From Kiritimatiella glycovorans (lineage in GTDB: Bacteria > Verrucomicrobiota > Kiritimatiellia > Kiritimatiellales > Kiritimatiellaceae), in assembly GCF_001017655.1 (NCBI RefSeq), contig NZ_CP010904.1, forward strand, positions 390,001 to 422,000: a stretch of 32,000 bases of DNA, written 5' to 3'. The notes beneath the pieces were generated by a model. It had not been told where the DNA came from and did no database searches. It saw only the letters and a list, made by a program, of their open reading frames with translations. This document shows positions 27,166 to 32,000 of this stretch, one piece after another (the stretch's first letter is position 1; the number at the start of each line of letters is the position of its first letter). The position numbers and the translations under genes are program-made.

Positions 27166-28143
27166 TCACGGAATGTCCGCGGAGTGGCGGGCGATGACTG
27201 CATCGATCTGTTCCATGTCGGAGGAACTCAGATCGACGTCGCCGGCGCGGGCGTTTTCGGCGGCCTGCCCGGGGGTCCGCGCGCCGACGAGGGCGTGCGT
27301 CACGCCGGGGCGCGCGAGGGTCCAGGCGATCGCGAGCTGCGCGAGGGAGAGGTCGTAGGACTTCGCGATCGGGCGCAATTCTTCGAGCATGGCGTGGACG
27401 CGTTGGAGGTGGGCCGCCTTGAAGCGCGGATGGCGTGAGCGCAGGTCGCTCTCCGGGAAGGTGCGGTCGGGTCCGATTTTGCCGGTGAGCAGTCCCAGCG
27501 CGAGGGTCGAGTAGGAGAGGAACGCGAGGCCCTGCTCCTGCACATAGGGGAGCTGGGCGTCCTTCTCCCGGTCCAGCATGCTGTACTTCTCCTGGTCCGA
27601 ATCCAGCGGCCCCGCGCTGCGGTAGGCCTTGAGATCGTCGATCTCCGCGTTGCAGGTGCCGATCGCGCGGATCTTGCCCTCGTCCTTGAGTTTCAGCAGC
27701 TCCGTCATCGTGTCCTCGATCGGGGTGGTGGATTCCTGCCAGTGGGTCTGGTAGAGGTCGATCGTGTCGACGTTGAGCCGCCTCAGGCTGGCTTCGATTT
27801 CGCGGCGGATGGAGACGGGCGCGAGATACTTGCAGACCTTGCGGCCCTCGGTTTCGAAATAGAAATCGCCGGCCTCCTCGTTCCACACCAGCCCGCACTT
27901 GGTGGCGAGGACGACCCTGTCGCGGCGGTCGGAGATCGCCCGGCCCACGAGTTCCTCCGAGAGACCGAATCCGTAGATCGGTGCCGTGTCGATCATCGTC
28001 ATCCCCTGATCGATCGCGGCGTGAATGGCGGGCACGGGGTCGTTGCGGTCCGTCCCGCCCCACATCCATCCGCCCAGCGCCCACGTCCCGAGGGCCACGA
28101 CGGGGGCTTCGATGCCGGATGATCCGAGTGTGCGCGTCTTCAT
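27166..28143 (-). CDS. aldo/keto reductase family oxidoreductase
   Basis: MKTRTLGSSGIEAPVVALGTWALGG...IDTAPIYGFGLSEELVGRAI is a typical AKR N-terminus. AGGAGG SD 7 nt upstream of ATG 28143. Confidence 0.9.
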   Translation of the reverse strand: MKTRTLGSSGIEAPVVALGTWALGGWMWGGTDRNDPVPAIHAAIDQGMTMIDTAPIYGFGLSEELVGRAISDRRDRVVLATKCGLVWNEEAGDFYFETEGRKVCKYLAPVSIRREIEASLRRLNVDTIDLYQTHWQESTTPIEDTMTELLKLKDEGKIRAIGTCNAEIDDLKAYRSAGPLDSDQEKYSMLDREKDAQLPYVQEQGLAFLSYSTLALGLLTGKIGPDRTFPESDLRSRHPRFKAAHLQRVHAMLEELRPIAKSYDLSLAQLAIAWTLARPGVTHALVGARTPGQAAENARAGDVDLSSSDMEQIDAVIARHSADIP

Positions 28144-28322
28144 GGGTCTGCCTCCTCTGTTCGGATTTCAAATCAAAAGCGCGAATGAATCATTGTACAG
28201 GAGATCATGCCGACGGTCAAAAATGAGCCCGGTATCGCCGTCGGGAAAAGAAGGACGACCGCGGATGCAGCCTTAAAATCGGGATTCACCGTGAAGGGCA
28301 TAAAGGGTCGTTTTTCGTACTC

Positions 28323-28453
28323 CCGAGTTCAACCTTGGGACACCCGGGGGACTATCGTACTCGTACTCGTACTCAGCGAAGCGGTACTCGTACTCGAATT
28401 CCTCGAATCGGGGTGAGGGTAGGGATTCTGCTGGACAGCAGAAGGCCGTCCGC
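28323..28453 (-). repeat. repeat family A copy 3 (131 bp)
   Basis: 28354-28453 is identical to 25256-25355. The 5' 31 nt (CCGAGTTCAACCTTGGGACACCCGGGGGACT) is similar to the other copies. Confidence 0.95.
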
Positions 28454-28457
28454 CGCT

Positions 28458-29318
28458 TTATCCCCCGATATTCCACGCCCGGTTGCGGTAATTGCGCGCG
28501 GTGACGCCGTAGTATTTCCTGAACTCGCGGTTGAAGTGCGAAGCGCTCTCGTAGCCGACCTCAAAGATAATATCGGTGACCTCGCGCTCAGTGGTTTTGA
28601 GCAGGTGCGCCGCCGCCTGCAGACGGACCTGGTTGACGAACGCCGAGGGGGTGCGATTCAGGTGCCTGCGCATGGTGCGGCTGACGTGTTCCGCGCTGTG
28701 ACCGCTCAGCTCGACCAGCCGCGGCACGCCCTCGAGGTAATTCTCCTCGAGCTGCATCGCGTTCATCGCATTGCGCAGCCAGTAGGGCAGCTCGTCGCCG
28801 TCGGACGTCTGCGCCGTGAGGATGCTGACGACGTCCAGCACCAGGCCGATCAGTATCCGGGTGTTGGCTGAATCGTGCTGGCGATACTCCGCCTCGAGCC
28901 AGCGTACCTTCGCCAGCAGGGCTTTCCACTCCGTCATGAGACACTCGGCATGGCCGTGCTTCATCTGGCGGACGGCCGCGATCTGATCCGCGCTGAGCAG
29001 CTCGCCCGCGCGGCGGAAGAGCGAGGTGACGAAAGGGACATTGACGATCTGCGCCGAAGGGCGTCCGCGCGCGCAGCGGAAGGTATGCAGGTCGTCGGGC
29101 CGGATCAGCACCACCGACCGCGTCGCGAGTTCATATTCGGCGTCGTTGATCAGATGGCGCACCGGGCCCTCGGTCACGAGGAAGATCTCGTACAGCTCGT
29201 GGTGGTGCAGCGCCACCGGATGTTCGTCCGTAATCGTGTCGTGCGCCACCTTGTACGGCAGACCGGCCAGCTGCCGGTCCACCGGGACCTTGTAGATGTC
29301 GGGACGGGCCGTGGTCAT
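28458..29318 (-). CDS. AraC-family transcriptional regulator (cupin sensor + HTH)
   Basis: N-terminal cupin-like HHHELYEIFLVTEG. C-terminal SRTMRRHLNRTPSAFVNQVRLQAAAHLL...EVGYESASHFNREFRKYYGVTARNYR. Confidence 0.95.
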   Translation of the reverse strand: MTTARPDIYKVPVDRQLAGLPYKVAHDTITDEHPVALHHHELYEIFLVTEGPVRHLINDAEYELATRSVVLIRPDDLHTFRCARGRPSAQIVNVPFVTSLFRRAGELLSADQIAAVRQMKHGHAECLMTEWKALLAKVRWLEAEYRQHDSANTRILIGLVLDVVSILTAQTSDGDELPYWLRNAMNAMQLEENYLEGVPRLVELSGHSAEHVSRTMRRHLNRTPSAFVNQVRLQAAAHLLKTTEREVTDIIFEVGYESASHFNREFRKYYGVTARNYRNRAWNIGG

Positions 29319-29440
29319 TTCAGTCCCCCGTATACCTCACTTCACCTTCCGGTGACATGAAAGAATATCTGAAATATCAAATATGGATCAATTCGGTCAT
29401 TGTGAAGGTGGCGCGGTTGACGAGGTTTGCTAAAGTGGAA

Positions 29441-29454
29441 CGCAATCGATGGCA
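29441..29454. promoter_or_regulatory. LacI/GalR-type operator-like site upstream of the PEP-CTERM lectin-like gene
   Basis: CGCAATCGATGGCA fits 8/10 fixed positions of TGnAAnCGnTTnCA, 43 nt upstream of ATG 29497. Confidence 0.35.
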
Positions 29455-29496
29455 GCAAGAATCTGCCCGGAACACGGAACAGAAAGGAGAGACGGG

Positions 29497-30348
29497 ATGC
29501 AAGCGATGAAATGGATGGCGGTAATGGCGGTGCTGGTAATGGCGGGTGCAGTACAGGCCGACTGGAGTTCGGTGGATGACTTCGAGTCTTATACGGCGAA
29601 CAGCAGGATCGTGGGTCAGAACGGGTGGACGAACTCGTCCGACAGTCCGGTGAGGTCCTATCAGGCGGATGCCGTGGCCGATCCGGACGGCGACGGTAAG
29701 GTCCTTCTCTTCAAAAAGACCGGCCTCTCGGGCGGGATGGCTTATTTGGTCAACGACAGTTCCGGCTATGCCGGTTTGACCGGGTCTTCGCCGCAGACGC
29801 TTTTCATGCGTTTCCGGTATACCTCGAACACCAATCTGCAGACGGGGAACCCCGCTGAGGAGCTGATCGGTTTTGGCGTCACTCCGGATGCGAACATTCC
29901 CTATGACGACAGCGGATTGACCGAAATGAAGCAGGGCTTCGCGGTGGGCGACCCGGACAACGATGGAGACGCGGACAGCCTGATGAATCCGCAACAGGAT
30001 GTCGGCACGAATCTTCTCGCGGACACCTGGTACAATCTCTGGCTGGTGACGGATAACCAGGCGCCGGACAGCGCAAAACTCTACATCCAGTCTTCGGACG
30101 ATACCCGTTTCAGTTCGCAGGCCGAGATAGCGGTCAGCAATACGTGGATTCGCGGCGAGGGTGCGTTGGCGTACGATACGCTCTATTTTGTCGCGAACCA
30201 CGTAGACGGTCCGGATGCGTATATTGACGACATCTATTACGACAATTCCGGAGAGAATCTGGTCAATCCCATCCCCGAACCGGCGACGCTCGGTCTGATG
30301 GCGACGGTCGCGGGGGGGGTGTTCCTGCTGCGCCGCTTCCGCCGCTGA
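29497..30348 (+). CDS. PEP-CTERM-anchored secreted beta-sandwich (ConA/LamG-like) protein; paralog of 16993-17745
   Basis: ORF 29449-30348. Probable start ATG 29497 (AGGAG 8 nt upstream; MQAMKWMAVMAVLVMAGAVQA signal). C-terminal PEPATLGLMATVAGGVFLLRRFRR is PEP, a hydrophobic helix and a basic tail. Shares family motifs with the 17-kb paralog. Confidence 0.85.
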   Translation: MQAMKWMAVMAVLVMAGAVQADWSSVDDFESYTANSRIVGQNGWTNSSDSPVRSYQADAVADPDGDGKVLLFKKTGLSGGMAYLVNDSSGYAGLTGSSPQTLFMRFRYTSNTNLQTGNPAEELIGFGVTPDANIPYDDSGLTEMKQGFAVGDPDNDGDADSLMNPQQDVGTNLLADTWYNLWLVTDNQAPDSAKLYIQSSDDTRFSSQAEIAVSNTWIRGEGALAYDTLYFVANHVDGPDAYIDDIYYDNSGENLVNPIPEPATLGLMATVAGGVFLLRRFRR

Positions 30349-30372
30349 GGGCGGAAGAAGACGCGCTGGGTT

Positions 30373-30400
30373 GGACGTTCTGCTGTCCGGCAGAACGTCC
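30373..30400 (+). terminator. 11-bp-stem hairpin 24 nt after the lectin-like gene stop (no U-run)
   Basis: GGACGTTCTGC-tgtccg-GCAGAACGTCC is a perfect stem. The core TTCTGCTGTCC(A/G)GCAGAA is the same as the hairpin in repeat family A. Confidence 0.4.
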
Positions 30401-30538
30401 GCAAACTCGGAGTGCACGCCCTGCCTATGACCCCCGGGGTGGGTGAGGACGCGAAAGGCAGGGATGCTGCGGTCCGGCGAAAGACGCCCGAACCATCGAA
30501 ATCGGCCCCCGCCCCATGAACATGAAGGTCGTGGAGGA

Positions 30539-32000
30539 ATGATCAAAACACTGACAACGTCGCTGATCGTCTGCTGGCTCTGCGCGTCGGCCCTGGCCGC
30601 ACGCACGACCGATGACCGTCTCAATGTGGTCTTTATCCTGATCGACGACATGGGCTGGAAGGATCCGGGCTGTTACGGCGGGGAACTGTTCGAGACGCCC
30701 AACATCGACCGCCTCGCGGCGCAGGGGATGCGGTTCACCGACGCCTATGCGGCGTGCAGCGTCTGCGCTCCGACCCGCGCCAGCCTCGTCACGGGCAAGT
30801 ACCCCGGCCGGCTCCACTTCACCGCGCTCACGGGACATCAGGAGATGCTCGGTAACGTCGAACACAATCCGACCGGCATCAAGCTGATCCAGCCCGCGAT
30901 CACGAGAGAGGACGGCGTGCAGCCCGACGAGTTCTGCATCGCGGAGGCGTTCCGCGCCGCGGGCTATCGCACCGCGCTGTTCGGGAAGACGCACTTCGGG
31001 AGCGGACACGAGAACCTGCACGCAATGGGCTTCGACGTCGCCGAGAACCCGCAGTGCGATATGTGGGTGACCCCGCCCGCGGTGGTCGAGGACGATCCCA
31101 AGCGGATGACGACCATCACGGATCGCTCAATCGAATTCATGCGCGAATGTGCGGACCGCGACCGCCCCTTCTTTCTCTACGTCCCGCACAAGGCGGTCCA
31201 CGTCCAGTTCCAGGCCACGCGCGAATATTACGAACAATACGCGCAAAAACTGACCCCGGAAGAGAAAGAGGAGTACTCGCCCTACTATCTGGCCATGGTC
31301 GAGGAACTCGACCGCGAGGTCGGACGGCTGCTCGACGAGCTCGAACGACTGGGTGTCGCGGACCGTACGGCCGTGTTTTTCACGTCCGACAACGGGGGCG
31401 TGGACACCGTCTACAGCAAGACCCCCTATCCGGCCACGTCCATGGCTCCGCTGCGGGGCCAGAAGGGCGGGCAGTACGAGGGGTCGCACCGCGTCCCGCT
31501 GATCGTCCGCTGGCCCGGTCACGTCCGGCCCGGATCGGTCTCGCATGAGGTCGTCATCACCCCCGACTTCTATCCCACCTGCCTCGACATGGCCGGACTG
31601 CCGGGCCATCCCGGACAGCATCTCGACGGCATCAGCATGGTGCCCGCCCTCCGGGGCGGCGAACTGGAGCGCGAAGCGGTCTACTGGCATAAGCCGCACT
31701 ACTACACCCGGAACGGGCCGCTGAGCGTCATCCGCTGCGGGCGCTACAAGTACATCCACTACTGGGAGACCGAACTCTCGCCCGCCGGCGGGCCGCCGCA
31801 CCAGCTCTTCGATCTGGAACAGGACATCGGCGAAACCGATAACCTCGTCAGGGAAAAACCCGAAATCGCGGACCGGCTCAGGAAGATGCTCATGGCGCAT
31901 CTGGAGGAGGTCGACGCCGAGCTGCCGGAGGTCAACCCGCGTTACGGCCGGAAGGAGACCGCTACAGAGCGTGAAGGGGCGGGGCATGCAGCCCGGGACG
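30539..32000 (+). CDS. arylsulfatase-family sulfatase, Cys-type, Sec signal (3' end beyond the window)
   Basis: Absent from the ORF track because it has no stop in the window. My translation from ATG 30539: MIKTLTTSLIVCWLCASALAARTTDDRLNVVFILIDDMGWKD...SVCAPTRASLVTGKYPGR...VFFTSDNGG. The frame is open to base 32000. Confidence 0.9.
   Translation, partial: MIKTLTTSLIVCWLCASALAARTTDDRLNVVFILIDDMGWKDPGCYGGELFETPNIDRLAAQGMRFTDAYAACSVCAPTRASLVTGKYPGRLHFTALTGHQEMLGNVEHNPTGIKLIQPAITREDGVQPDEFCIAEAFRAAGYRTALFGKTHFGSGHENLHAMGFDVAENPQCDMWVTPPAVVEDDPKRMTTITDRSIEFMRECADRDRPFFLYVPHKAVHVQFQATREYYEQYAQKLTPEEKEEYSPYYLAMVEELDREVGRLLDELERLGVADRTAVFFTSDNGGVDTVYSKTPYPATSMAPLRGQKGGQYEGSHRVPLIVRWPGHVRPGSVSHEVVITPDFYPTCLDMAGLPGHPGQHLDGISMVPALRGGELEREAVYWHKPHYYTRNGPLSVIRCGRYKYIHYWETELSPAGGPPHQLFDLEQDIGETDNLVREKPEIADRLRKMLMAHLEEVDAELPEVNPRYGRKETATEREGAGHAARD

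Noticed and set aside
31054-31987. ORFs 31054-31548 (+) and 31127-31987 (-) listed in the track
   Set aside because: They overlap the open-ended sulfatase reading frame that starts at 30539 (CAPTR, FTSDNGG motifs) and have no motifs of their own.

Overview
High-GC (roughly 63-66% by eye), densely coding bacterial chromosome segment. The left ~6.5 kb is housekeeping: 3' end of dnaE, an LpxL-family acyltransferase, a PIN-PhoH (PhoH2) ATPase, then secA-larB on the minus strand. At 6.6-8.3 kb a lower-GC patch carries an intact IS4-family DDE transposase (exact Y-2-R-3-E-6-K signature) and a degraded IS30-like HTH fragment. The remaining ~24 kb looks like an accessory sulfated-glycan utilisation region. 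It holds four Cys-type (CxPxR) sulfatases (two Tat-type, two Sec-type signals), a LacI-family and an AraC-family regulator, and an SSF transporter followed by two tandemly duplicated secreted proteins of unknown family. It also holds two paralogous secreted lectin-like beta-sandwich proteins (one PEP-CTERM anchored), a prepilin-type H-X9-DG protein translationally coupled between sulfatases, and an orphan 877-aa GspK-like pseudopilin. A photolyase/cryptochrome (FeS-BCP-like) plus aldo/keto reductase pair sits between two 131-bp direct repeats. The gene content (H-X9-DG prepilin, PEP-CTERM, sulfatase density) suggests the PVC superphylum (Kiritimatiellota/Lentisphaerota/Verrucomicrobiota-like); this is inference only. 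Three points stand out. (i) A LacI-type operator motif (core ATGCAATCG) lies upstream of four separate transcription units, suggesting one regulon. (ii) Pseudopilus subunits are wired into a sulfatase operon with no secretion or pilus machinery nearby. (iii) Almost every intergenic gap in the accessory part is a mosaic of short repeat families: a GTACTC-hexamer/hairpin element, a CATGAAGG module, REP-like palindromes with GTAG heads, and a 144-bp MITE with a 9-bp target-site duplication. No rRNA, tRNA or CRISPR array was seen. All protein calls rest on motif recognition from the supplied translations; no database search was possible.
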